From Isurus oxyrinchus (taxonomy: Eukaryota): a DNA stretch of 64,000 nt. Positions within the stretch are counted from its first letter, which is position 1, and every line of letters starts with the position of its first letter. The translations under genes and the position numbers were made by a program. The notes under the pieces are model-generated. The model ran no database searches. It saw only the letters and a list, made by a program, of their open reading frames with translations, and was not told the origin of the DNA. The stretch lies in contig JANJGN010000002.1 of assembly GCA_026770705.1 (NCBI GenBank), positions 186,620,001-186,684,000 on the forward strand, written 5' to 3'. This document shows positions 51,629-63,341 of this stretch, one piece after another.

Positions 51629-51881
51629 ATGACATCTTTGCTGGGATTCCTGACTCTGTTGATTGTGCAATGTGCAGCAGTCAATGCAGGCATTCGGGAT
51701 GGCATCACTGCTGACTTTTCTGTGAAGGTTTACCACCATTTGCGGTCGATAGAGAAAGATGGCAATATTTTTTATTCCGCCTTCAGTATTGCTAATGCTT
51801 TGGGAATGGTTGAGCTTGGTGCTGGCGGTACAACTCTTGAGCAAATTCAACATGTTATGGGCTACAATTACATGCAAAAAG
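51629..51881 (+). CDS. SERPINI1: Neuroserpin coding exon 1 (signal peptide, helix A, s6B/hB shutter)
   Basis: MTSLLGFLTLLIVQCAAVNA...NIFYSAFSIANALGMVELGA...MGYNYMQK. Acceptor cccatag|GCTTGAAA at 51609, donor G|gtaaaa, phase 1. Confidence 0.95.
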
Positions 51882-52719
51882 GTAAAAACTGTCTGCTTTT
51901 TAGATAGAATTGATTTTGTTCAGTGAGTCTAGTAGTATATACTTAAAATCCTTAAATGTGAATTGCAATGCATGTTCCCAGTTGGTTAAGTTCATAGCTT
52001 AAAAACGTCCATGAATCAGCATTCATTCGCCTTGTCTTAGCAGTCTCGAGGCACCCAATGCCTGCTTTTTGGAAAGTGTCCTTTAGGCTGTAACACCCGG
52101 ATCCTGACCTTCATTTGAATGACTAGTATTTTTGGAGAAAGTTCTCATTAGACAATCTGTAGATCTTAAATCTTCCAGAGAAGGTAAACCATTGTAAACT
52201 TATAAAAATCTTAATTACTGCTGGTGTAGTTATTATATATTTTTATACCATTATCATACATTGCACATTATTATACATTGCTTTAACAAGAGCTGCTTGT
52301 GTAGATATTTTATGTTGTAAGGACAATTTCTGTCGTACTTTGATATGTTGCCATTTGTATGAGGTTAGATTATGTGCCATATTTAATTTTCATTATACTT
52401 TCAATGATGGCAGCCTCGCCATATAAAATTTTCTTAGTGGTTGACTCTTCAATTCTTTGGGCTTAGTACTGATTTTTTGCACTATATTAGTCTTGTTAGA
52501 CGAAAAGTTTCTACTAAAATTGATTTGGTGCTTTTGGACACTCTTCAAGCCAGTCCATGGATAATTTATCTTCCTCTCCCCTGCCCCATGATTTAAGTTC
52601 CTATTTATATGTAGAGCCTGAAGTTCTCTAAATGATCTACATGCAAATAGTGTTCCAACATGGCAGGACAGCATTATGGAGTATATATTTTTAAAAGTGC
52701 TGAATTCTGTTCTGATCAG

Positions 52720-52950
52720 GTGAGGAATTTGACTTGTTGTGGGAACTCTCTCAGTCCATGAAAGCAGACAGCCAGCAGTATGTAATGAAGCTTGCCAACT
52801 CATTGTTTGTGGAGAAAGGATTTCAACTGAGTGACAAGTTCCTTCAAATGCTGAAGAAATATTTTAGTGCCAGTGTTGAAAATATTGACTTCAGCCAACC
52901 TTCTTCTGTGGCTGATCATATCAATGAATGGGTGCAGAATCAAACCAACA
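52720..52950 (+). CDS. SERPINI1: Neuroserpin coding exon 2 (GEEFDLLWELSQSMKADSQQYVMKLANSLFVEKGF...INEWVQNQTN)
   Basis: 231 nt; atcag acceptor and A|gtaagt donor; retains an N-x-T sequon (NQT) at the position of the human glycosylation site. Confidence 0.96.
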
Positions 52951-53129
52951 GTAAGTATTGTCAACTTGTTAAGTGCTGTTAATAGTGACATTTGTGTGTT
53001 TGATCTGTGCCATTGCACAGAATCATAATTATACAATATAGAAGAGGCTATTCAACCCATTGTGCTTGCACTGGTTTTTTCAAAGAACTATCTACTTAGT
53101 CCCCTTCTGTTGCCATTCCAAGCCGGACT

Positions 53130-56100
53130 CCCTCTCAGATAAGCCTACAGCTTTCTTTGTGCCTCTTGGCATTCTCCAAAGGGGTTATTAAAGCTCTTGA
53201 TATAAATGACAACAACAACTGCCCCATTCTGCTGTCTCTCTGAACCTCTTACCCAGCATGCCTTCTAAGAACTAATCTTGACAATCTCCTTCCTTTCCAC
53301 TCACCCCTTTCTACTGCTGACCCTGTGGACTCTACAAGTAGATCAGCTTTCACCACCCTCTCCTCTTCTCGATCCAGAATGTCCATTCATTTGTGAACAA
53401 GGTCCTTGCTATCCATTAACTTATCGTGGATGATTACATTGACATCATGGCCTTGTTGGAAACCTGGCTGAAGGGTAACGACACTTACCTGTGAATTTAA
53501 GCCTTTCCACCTGGCTATGCCTTCCATTATTTGCCCTGCCAAGAGTGTTGCGGTGGCGGTGTGGTTCTTACCAACAAGTCACACCTTGGTTTGTCCACTT
53601 ACTCTTTTGGCACTTTCTCCTCCTTTGAAAGTCTCACTTTGTTCTAACCCTCTCGCTGCTCATTTAAAATTCTCATTCTCTATCACACACCAAATACCAT
53701 AAAAGCTTTCTCTTTGAGATGTCTTGACTGCTTTCCTCTCTCAGCCTCTGCATTGTGTGATTTCTCATCCTTGGAGATTTCAACCTCCATCTCAACTCAT
53801 CACGCTCCCTCTTCTGAGTTCATTGTCCTCTTATTCTCACTTGACCCCTCCTTCCATGTAAACTCCCTAACCCATATCCATGGTCATTCCCTTGAATTTA
53901 CCACCTTCTGTGGTCTTGCTAGTCCCATTGTATCAATCACCTGATAAGACCATATCCGATCATTTCTTTGTATCATTCTTCATCTGCCCCAATTCTATTT
54001 CATCTGGTTTTATGCTGGAAAATACTGCCATCACCTCCCAATTCACAAATGAGTGCCCTTTCAAAATCCAAACTATCTAGTTTTTGGCCCTGCATTCATC
54101 ACATTTTCTGCAACTACTGATTTGCTCAACCACAATCTCACTTCCACCTTTGTTATCCAAGTCCCCACTAAAACCATTTCTCTCACCTTGCTGTTCTCCT
54201 TGGTACATGCCAGACCTCTATTCTCTTAAGCCCAAGGGACGCAGACTTGAATGGATATGGCGGATAACTGGTTTAGCTCGTTACCACGAGATTTAGTTGG
54301 TTTACATAAATCATTATCAGATCATGTTCTCACCTGCAAAAACTGTTCACCATTCCAGGTCTCAAGCCCTTGAACATGTTGTCGCCTCCCAAATTCATGC
54401 CCATCTTTCCAGGAACTTCATGTTTGAATTCCTCCAATCAGCTTTCCACCCCTGCCATAGCATCAAAACAACTCCTCTCAATGTCACAAATGGCATCCTG
54501 TGTGACTGTGACAATGATAAATTATCCTTTTGACAGCTGTAGTCTTTGACACGATTGATCACTCATCGTCCTCTAAATGGCTCTCCACTGTCATCCAGCT
54601 AGGTGGGGCTGCACTTGCCTAGTTCCATTTTTATCTATCTAATCATAGCTAGAGTATCACTTACAATCGCTTCTCATCTATTCTTGCATTTACCTCTGGT
54701 GTCCCCTAAGGATCTATCCTTGGCCCCCTCCTATTTCTCATCCACATACTGTCCTCAATAACAGCATCCTGAAAACCTAGGGTCAATTTCTACATGTATG
54801 TTGATGACACCCAGCTCTACTTCACTACCACCACCTCTTGACTATTCCACAGTTGCTAAATTACAAAACTGCTTGTCCGACATCCAGTATTGTATGAGCA
54901 GAAATTGCCTCTAATATTAGGAAGATAAAGTAATTGTCATTGTCAGGGAAAAACTCCATTTGGTTCCTGCTACAACTCCGCACCCTATCTACCAGCTCCA
55001 TCCATCTGTCTGGCAACTGTCTGAGGCTGAACCAGGTTGTTTGCAACTTTAGTGTCATACCAGACCTCTGAGTTTGGGATCACATGCCCGCACCATCACT
55101 AAGACTGCCTATTTCCATCTCCATAACACCGACTAACTCTGAACCTATCCCAGCTTAGCTGCTGAAATCCTCGTCCATGTTTTTGTTACCTCCAGATTTG
55201 ATTATTCCAGTGCATTTCTTGCCAGCCTCCCATATTCTATCCTCCCTAAACTTAAGACCATCCAAAACACTGCTATCTGTGTCCTTACTCACATCAAGTC
55301 CAGTTCATCCACCACCTGTGTACTTGCTGACCTACATTGGCTTCTGGTTAAGCAGTGTGTTGATTTTTAAAACTTTCAACCTTATTTTCACATTTGCCCA
55401 TAGCCTCCCCTTCTCCTTGGGCAGAATAATATGGGGTGTAGATAGCATACATCCCCAGAAAACATGTTGACCTGAAACCGACTGGCCCCACGCCGACCAG
55501 CCCCACAGCAATAAAGTGCTGTGGGCCTCATTAATGAGAGCCAAGTGGGATGGGGCGGATGTCTCATCCTCTGGAGCTGCTAGCCAATCCAGCTGGCCGA
55601 CAGTGCCAGGAAGGCTTCAGTGTCAGCTGCCAGGGTTGCAGCTGAAGAGAGGGCCCTAAGGCCGAGGATCCCCAGAGCAGGTAAGTCACGGCTCTTGGGC
55701 CGAGAGGGTTTGGGAATCTCAGGGATGGGTAGTGAGGGGGCAGGGGGATAGGGTGGCTTTAAGAGAGGGAGCAGGTGGGAAGGATGGGGGGTGGTTAGTT
55801 GAAGGGGGACCCAGAAAGCCAGCCCGCCCCACTTCCTTCCTGACCTTTAACCATTTGAAGTTAAAAATCAGGCTTCCCGCTCCCACCCGGCTGCCCATGC
55901 CAAACGTATTATGGCGTGGGCAGTGTATTATTAGGGTCATTAGGCTTGTTAATAAGAATAAGACTAATTGACCCTTATTTGATCCTTTTAATATAGTGGG
56001 TGGGCTGCTGATTTTGGTGCCCGTGGGCAGGCACCTCTCTGCCTCTCTTTCCTCCTTAAGATGTTCAAAACTTACTTTTTTTAATAAGGTTTTGGCCATC

Positions 56101-56215
56101 TGTCCTAATATCTCCTTATGTGGCTCAGTGTCAAATTTTACTTCATAAAACCTCTGTGAAATGCCTTGGGGCTTTTTATTACGTGTGTTATATAAATACA
56201 AGTTGTTATTGCTGT
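53130..56215 (+). mobile_element. Decayed L2-clade LINE, interrupted by a GC-rich Harbinger-like insert (~55418-56030)
   Basis: QSAFHPCHS, GVP*GSILGPLLF and YVDDTQLY motifs; 3' tail ...ttatataaatacaagttgttattg. Confidence 0.8.
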
Positions 56216-57219
56216 CTTTCCTGTATCTTTTAATATTTTTCTTCTGAAATATTCATTTTTCCTTTTCAAAGATTTGTGGATGCTGCTGTCACTGTTTCTG
56301 GGAAAACATGTCATATCCTAACAGCCCTCTGCATTTAAAAAAAAGTAACATCTTCCTTTGTTCGTTTAGTGGTGTGCCTTCTGCTGCATTGACTAATGGA
56401 AATAGTTCTTTTTCTTTTTACCTTCTAAAAGTACTACATAACTTTGAGCAGCTGTACTAGATTGTTCCTCAAACTAGTCCCATTTCTTCAGTCTATTTTA
56501 AATAAAGCCCCATAACCTTGGTATCATTCTGATAAATCTCTCCTGCACCCCCCTTCCTAAAGGAGGCCACCTAAAATCTGGTGAAATCTTCCAACCCTGT
56601 TTGGTATTGCCAATGAGCTTTTATACCCTCTACCACTATTATTATATGAGGCAAGAATTCCCTTTTTTTTGCAATTTTATCTCTCTGCTCTTTTAAAATT
56701 TTACTATTCAGTGTATTATTCCCTTCCTCCTTCCCAAAATGTATCATCTCACAGTTCAACTGACATCTTTTTGCCCAATCCAATAACCCATGCCATCCTG
56801 AAATTGCTTACAGTCCTCTTCGTAGATCTTTGTATTTTAAATTTCTGCAAATATTGACCCTGTGCCTCTCCACAAGAAAGAGAGAGAAGGTGTATGTATA
56901 TCCCAGAGGAATGCTACTGTTTATATCTCTCCCTGCTTTAAAAACATGAGTAACTATTGATTTCTGTCTGCATCTGTGGACAAAGGAATCAAGTTAACAT
57001 TTCAAGTGAGGACCCTTCAGCAGAACATTAAGAAGTTGGCAAATGTTAAATTGGTTTATAGCTGTATCTTTGCTTTTGAGTGCTAATGGTAGCTAAATTC
57101 ACAACATGCTCATGAATAATTTTACTTATTGTGCAGGGAGTTTTGCTGGTAATATATATCCTTCTGTGATTTGTATCTGTGGAAAGATATACTTTGACAT
57201 TTGCTTTTTCTCGATGCAG

Positions 57220-57414
57220 ATAAGATACCAAACCTTTTATCGCCAAAGGACTTCAATGCTTTAACTCGTCTAGTCCTCGTTAATGCAATTTACTTTAAAG
57301 GAAACTGGAAGTCTCAATTCAGAGGAGAAAATACACGCACATTTCCTTTTACCAAAGATGATGAAAGTGAAATCCAGATACCTATGATGTACCAACAAGG
57401 AGACTTCTATTATG
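57220..57414 (+). CDS. SERPINI1: Neuroserpin coding exon 3 ([33 protein letters not shown]...[12 protein letters not shown])
   Basis: 195 nt; serpin NAIYFKGNW signature; tgcag acceptor and G|gtttgt donor. Confidence 0.97.
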
Positions 57415-57712
57415 GTTTGTAAATGTTTCGCTTTTTTACGCAGTTAATTAAAATTGACCTTTCCATTCACTTGATCTGGCATTTGGAATGAAAGTTCAAA
57501 TTTGACAGAGAACAGTATCCCTTTGTTTCCTTAGCCTTTTTGAACGTGATCCTTGAGGTTCTCTGTTATGACTACAAAACAGCAGAGATATTTTAGCTAT
57601 AGCATTTAGCAATGGGCAGGGACACAAATGTGAAGATGCTGAAAACAAGTAGTTACTCTCAATAACTTGATAATTCATGGTTTATAATTTTACTGTGATG
57701 CAAAATGTCAGC

Positions 57713-58120
57713 TGGGATGCAGCTTTTGAGTTAAAAGTTCATGAGTTCAAGACCAACTCCAGAGATTTGAGTATAAAATCTAGTCTGATGCTCTAGTGTA
57801 GTGCTGAAGGAATATTGCACTGTCAGAGGAGCCGTGTTTCAGATGAGGCATTATAACAAGGTTTTGTCTGCCTTCTCAGTTGAACGTAAGACCCCATGCC
57901 ACTATTTCAAAGGAGAATGGGAGTCCTCCTCAGTGTGCGGGCCAATATTTATACTTCAACCAACGCCATTAAAATCAATAAGCTGGACATTATCTCTCTG
58001 CGGTTTGTGGAAGCTTGCTATGTGCAAATTGACTGCCATGTATCCTATATTACAACTGGAGCTGCACTTCAGAAAGTACTTTATTGGCTGTGAAACACTT
58101 TGTGACATCCTGAGATTATA
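57713..58120 (+). mobile_element. DeuSINE (SacSINE1-like) ending about 35 nt upstream of a SERPINI1 acceptor
   Basis: Deu-like core gccgtgtttcagatgaggcattataacaagg...gccaatatttat...; same family as 26151-26535. Confidence 0.75.
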
Positions 58121-58155
58121 AGTTCGTTACATATGCAATTTGATTTATTTTGAAG

Positions 58156-58360
58156 GTGAGTTCAGTGATGGCTCAAATGAAGCAGGAGGAGTGTACCAAG
58201 TTTTAGAGATGCCTTATATTGGTGACAAGATGAGTATGATGATAGTTCTCCCAAGACAGGAAGTACAACTGGCTACCTTAGAGCCACTTATCAAAACTCA
58301 ACTAATTAATGAATGGGCAAGCTCAGTAAAGAAGCAGAAGGTTGAAGTATATCTGCCAAG
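58156..58360 (+). CDS. SERPINI1: Neuroserpin coding exon 4 ([21 protein letters not shown]...[11 protein letters not shown]); gene continues beyond the window
   Basis: 205 nt; carries the neuroserpin omega-loop segment [11 protein letters not shown]; tgaag acceptor and AG|gtaaga donor. No later exon found before 64000. Confidence 0.97.
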
Positions 58361-58840
58361 GTAAGAAGTGTTTTCTTGTTTGGGGAAGGCTGCCTGATAA
58401 AATCTATTTGTATATCTGCAATATGTTTGACCAGCAATTTTGAATCCGAAATTAACATATGCATTTGAGGGGAAATTTAGTAATTGTTAGAAAAACAATA
58501 TTTAATAGTGTAAATGTCCATTCAAGTTATATTGCATTAATACCAAGTTTTGGACTTCATTTTAATAATCACACACTTTCTAACTAGTATTTTGGATACA
58601 ATGGGAATCGATGGGTATCAGGATATTGCAGGAAGGTATAATTGAGTAGGACAGCCATGATCTCATTGAATGCCAGAGCAGGATTGATGGGCCGAACGGC
58701 CTCCTTGTGCTTTTATTTCTTATACCAAGTGTTATTAAGCTAATTGTGTCTAAAAACCTGAAATAAACATTTACAATAATTTTCTTACCAAATATCAGCC
58801 ATGTAATTAAATAAAACTGACTTTAAAAATTAATTTTGAT

Positions 58841-60083
58841 CTTGAATATTGCTGAAAAGAGCCATGATGCTGAAGCTTTTCATCCTGTACTCATCAACAA
58901 GATGCCAAATTTCAAATGAAAACAAGAGAAAAGGGTGCTGATTGGTTGGCAAGCCAATTCTGATTGGCTGCGGCATTGCTTTGGAGAAAGCAACAGGGAA
59001 ATATAGGCTCCCAGGGTGCAAGATTTGAACTGGACTTTTGTTGCAGAGAATAAGTCCTTGTATATGAATATATGTCGCTTCTAGCAAGCACAAAGGAGCC
59101 GTGTTATGAGCTTGATTGATTATCCTAAACTTGTTGTTAGTGTAGCTATTATCGCATTCAGGATCGTTCAGAAAAGTGTCGCCCAATTGCACGTTCATAT
59201 CTAATAGTAGACATTCTGTATTGGGTTTCGCAAGTGCGGGCTGGTTGAGTATAGTCTGTACTCTGCCTATTACAAGCAACCAAAACACCATGCTGTTCGA
59301 TTTGTCAGTCACTGGGACATACAGCCTACATACCTGGCATCGCACTGCACTAAAATTCATACATAATGTTGCTCAGTTGTGTGGTAGGCAGAATGTCTTC
59401 TTGGACTGACGGCAGTATCCTGTTAGTGGAAAATACCACTTGCGTAGCCATTGCATAGTTCCAGGATGATATGGTTTCCTTAACTTGTTGTATAAATTTT
59501 TGGAATAGTTTGCCTCTTCAGGGCAATTTGAGAGTGATTTCAGTACCAGTGTGATGCCAGCTATGTAGGCTATGCATCATACCAATTGAATGATCAAATC
59601 AAACAACGTGTTCCTTCAATTGTTCATAATAGGCAGAGTACAGACTGTGTTCAACCAGCCCGCACTTGCAAAACCCAAAACAAAACATTGACTGTTAGAT
59701 GTGATTCCATGATTGGGAAGCACTTGCTGAACAATCCTGTGTGCACTAATATCAACACTAACAACCAATTTAAGATTGAGTTCAACTTGTAACTTGGCTT
59801 GTTTACGCTCGCTTGTAGTGACATACATTCATGTCCAGGGAACTGTTCTCTAGAAACAGAAGGAATATGTTCAAGCCTTGTGCCTTTTTTGAATTACCTG
59901 GGAGCTTGGGGAGCCAGTAGTTCGCCGTTGCTTTCTCCATGGCAATGCCTCAACCAATCAGCATCTTTTTCTCCTGTAGTATAAATTGTTCTGATTGTTT
60001 AAAATTTGGCATTCTTGCACTTGTCTGATGAGTGCAAGGTGAAAAGCTTCAGCAACATGCCTCACTTTTCAGCAATATTCAAG
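58841..60083. mobile_element. Second Penelope family: inverted GIY-YIG/3' termini (58841-~59310 minus; ~59540-60083 plus)
   Basis: FQYQCDASYVG and SMIGKHLLNNPVC GIY-YIG remnants; ends cttgaatattgctgaaaa / ttttcagcaatattcaag are reverse complements. Confidence 0.78.
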
Positions 60084-60659
60084 TTCTGTACTACCAAGTG
60101 ATTCTTTCATCTGTTATCACTGCAAATAAGTGTTAAATTATTTTAAATTCTTTTTCATATGTCAATCCTGAGAATTGGTTATTTTTCATAATTACGTAAT
60201 TAAATTGAGAAAGCATTCTAGCTGGGAAAGGGTGATTATATGAAAATAATTTGACTAAATCGTTCAAATGTCATCACAGATCAGGAAGGCAAAATTTAAG
60301 TGATTTGTCCTGTGTCATTCTACTTTTAATTCTCCTATTTGTCCACTTGCCCTTTAAATAATGCTGACAGTAATATGAGATTTTTGAGATTTATAGATGG
60401 CATAGTCTGTTGCCATTTGTGGCATGAAAGGCTTTTTCAAAAAAAATACATTGCATCATTCCACTCTAGTTTCCTGTAATAGTTGTGGCTGGCATTGGCT
60501 GTTGGAATCCATTCAGTCTACGTCTCATTGAAAAAGTTGTAAATTGAATTTTCAGTAGATTTATAGGATGTAGATTCATATGTAAAATATATTAAACCTA
60601 TGTCAGCATTCCATACATTGCGTGCCACCATACAGATTTCTTTATCAAACTTAATGCAT

Positions 60660-62812
60660 GGTGGCACTACCACGGTGCTAAATGGGATAGATTTCGAACA
60701 GATCTAGCCAACTCAAGACTGGGCATCCATGAGGTGTTGTGGGCCATCAGCAGCAGCAGAATTGTATTTAACCACAATCTGTGACCTCATGGCCCAGCAT
60801 AGCCCCCACTCTACCATTACCATCAAGCCAGGGGATCAACCCTGGTTCAATGAAGAGTGCACGAGGGCATGCCAGGAGCAGCACCAGACATAACTAAAAA
60901 TGAGGTGTCAACCTGGTGAAGCTATAACACCGAATTACTTGTGTGCCAGACAGCATAAGCAGCAAGCGATAGACAGAGCTAAGCGATCCCACAACCAACG
61001 GATCAGATATAAGCTCTGCAGTCCTGCCACATCCAGTTGTGAATGATGGCAGACAATTAAACAACTCACAGGAGGAGGAGGCTCCACAAATGTCCCCAGT
61101 CTCAATGACGGAGGAGCCCAGTACATCAGAACAAAAGGTAAAGGTGAAACATTTGCTACAATCTTCAGCCAGAAGTGCCAAGTGGATGTACCATTTCGGC
61201 CTCCTCTGGAGTTCCCCAGCATCACAGATGCCAGTCTTCAGCCCATTCAACCACGTGATATCAAGAAACAGCTGAAGGCACTGGATATTGCAAAAGCTAG
61301 GGGCCCTGATAATATTCCAGCAATAGTACTGAAGACTTGTGCTTTAGAACTTGCCGCTCCTGTAGTCAAACTCTTCAAGTACAGCTACAACAATGGCGTC
61401 TACCCGCCTTTGTGGAAAATTGCCCAGGTATGTCCTGTACGCAAAAAGCAGAACAAATCCAACCCAGCCAATTACTGCCTCATCAGTCTACTCTTGATCA
61501 TCAGTAAAATAATGGAAGGGGCCATCAACAGTGCTATCAAGTGGCACTTGCTTAGCAATAGCCTGCTCACTGACACCCAGTTTGGATTCCGCTAGGGCCA
61601 CTCAGCTCGTGACCTCATTACAGCCTTGGTTCAAACATGGACAAAAGAGCTGAGCTTCTGAGGTGAAGTGAGAGTCACTGCCTTTGACATCAAGGCATCA
61701 AGGAGCCCTAGCAAAACTGGAGTCAATGAGAATTGGGAAAAATTCTCTGCTGGTTGGAGTCATACCTAGCACGAAGGAAGATGGTTGTGGTTGTTGGAGG
61801 TCAGTCATCCCAGCTCCAGGACATCACGGTAGGGGTTCCTCAGGGTAGTGTCTTCGGCTTGACCAGCTTCAGCTGTTTCATCAATGACCTTCCTTCCATC
61901 ATAAGGTCGGAAGTGAGATTGTTCGCTGATGATTGCACAATGTTCAGCAGCATTTGCGACACCTCAGATACTGAAGCAATCCATGTCCAAATGCAGCAAG
62001 ACCTGGACAATATCCAGGCCTGGGCTGACAAGTGGCAAGTAACATTCGCACCACACAAGTCTCAGGCAATGGCCATCTCCAACAAGAGAGAATCCAACCA
62101 TCGACCCTTGATGTTGAATGGCATTACCATCACTGAATCCCCCAATATTAACATCCTGGGAGTTACCATTGACCAGAAACTGAACTGGACTAGCCATATA
62201 AATACTGTGGCTACAAGAGCAGGTCAGAGGCTAGGAAGTGTGCAACGAGTAACTCACCTCCTGAGTCCCCAAAGCCTCTGCACCATCTACAAGGCACAGG
62301 TCAGGAGTGTGATGGAATACTCCCCGCTTGCCTCGAAGAGTGCAACTCCCATAATACTGAAGAAGCTTGACACCGTCCAGGACAAAGCAGCCTGCTTGAT
62401 TGGCACCACATCCACAAACATTCACTCTCTTCACCACCGAAGCACAGTAGCAGCAGTGTGTACCATCTACATGATGCACTGCAGGAATTCACCTCGGTTC
62501 CTTCAACAGCACCTTCCAGTCAATCACTACCATCTAGAAGGACAATGGCAGCAGATGGATGGGGACACCACCTGGATGTTCCCCTCCAAGTCAGTCACCA
62601 TCATGACTTGGAAATATATCGCTGTTCCTTCACTGTCGCTGGATCAAAACCCTGGAACTCGCTTTTTAACAGCACTGTGGGTGTACCTACACCACATGGG
62701 CTGCAGCGGTTCAAGGAAGCAGCTCACCATCACCACCTCAAGGGTAACTAGGGATGGGCAATAAATGCTGGCCCAGCCAGCGAAGCCCACATCCCATGAA
62801 TGAATTTTTAAA
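60660..62812 (+). mobile_element. 5'-truncated CR1-type LINE, the best preserved copy (RT ORF fragments 61182..61595 and 61733..62764)
   Basis: GPDNIPAIVLK, PVRKKQNKSNPANY, GVPQGSV, LFADDC, ILGVTID motifs; stop codons and frameshifts; complete 3' tail. Confidence 0.92.
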
Positions 62813-63236
62813 AATTGAATATCTCCAGTTTCCCAATTCAAATTGTATAGATAAATCCAGGAATGTTGTATTTTCAGGTCAGTGTTAAATATATATTACT
62901 GACAAGCTGTACTAATTAAAGCAAAATATAGTGACACATGAATGATTTTTCCAAGACATTGTATAATTGCCTTATAATTTAGGACAGATTAAGAAAGCTG
63001 GTTACATCGTGCCAATTAGTGTGTACCAATTGAAAACTTAATATTAAATCAAAGATAAATGTTGATTTTGTTTCCAGTTGGATTTTAGTACACGCTTCAC
63101 TTTCTTTTACTGCATAGAGTCTGCATTTGAAGAAAAGTCTCAATGCGAAACAGCCAAAGCTGTTTCTTAAGTCCTTAACTCCACTGCTGGTACAATTGCT
63201 GTTGCTAGCTTTAGTTGTGATGCACAAATCAATCTC

Positions 63237-63341
63237 ACTCACTTTTCCAGAACTGCTTCATCCAATTCAGGGTTGTGGGAAGTCAGAGCCTATCCTGGGT
63301 CCCTGGAGTTGTGAGGCAGGAGCGCTATCGCTGTGCCACCC
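63237..63341 (-). mobile_element. 105-bp mini-SINE (V-SINE/HE1-like head fused directly to a tail) with perfect 14-bp TSD
   Basis: CACAAATCAATCTC at 63223-63236 and 63342-63355; minus strand begins GGGTGGCACAGCGATAGCGCTCCTGCCTCACA. Confidence 0.78.

Noticed and set aside
51629-58360. Assignment to SERPINI2 (pancpin) or another serpin
   Set aside because: Near-identity to neuroserpin segments ([31 protein letters not shown]) and the head-to-head position with PDCD10 indicate SERPINI1.
61733-62764. 343-aa RT ORF as an active or domesticated reverse transcriptase (or a prokaryotic retron-like system)
   Set aside because: It is part of a 5'-truncated CR1 copy with upstream stops, a deletion and a C-terminal frameshift, and has many sibling copies in the window.
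62871-62910. Next SERPINI1 exon after ttttcag
   Set aside because: The phase-2 reading gives RSVLNIYY then a stop, with no similarity to the expected FTVEQEIDL segment; the remaining exons are probably beyond 64000.
62979-63242. 87-aa minus-strand ORF as an antisense gene
   Set aside because: No recognisable domain or splice context, and it begins at the mini-SINE junction; likely chance.
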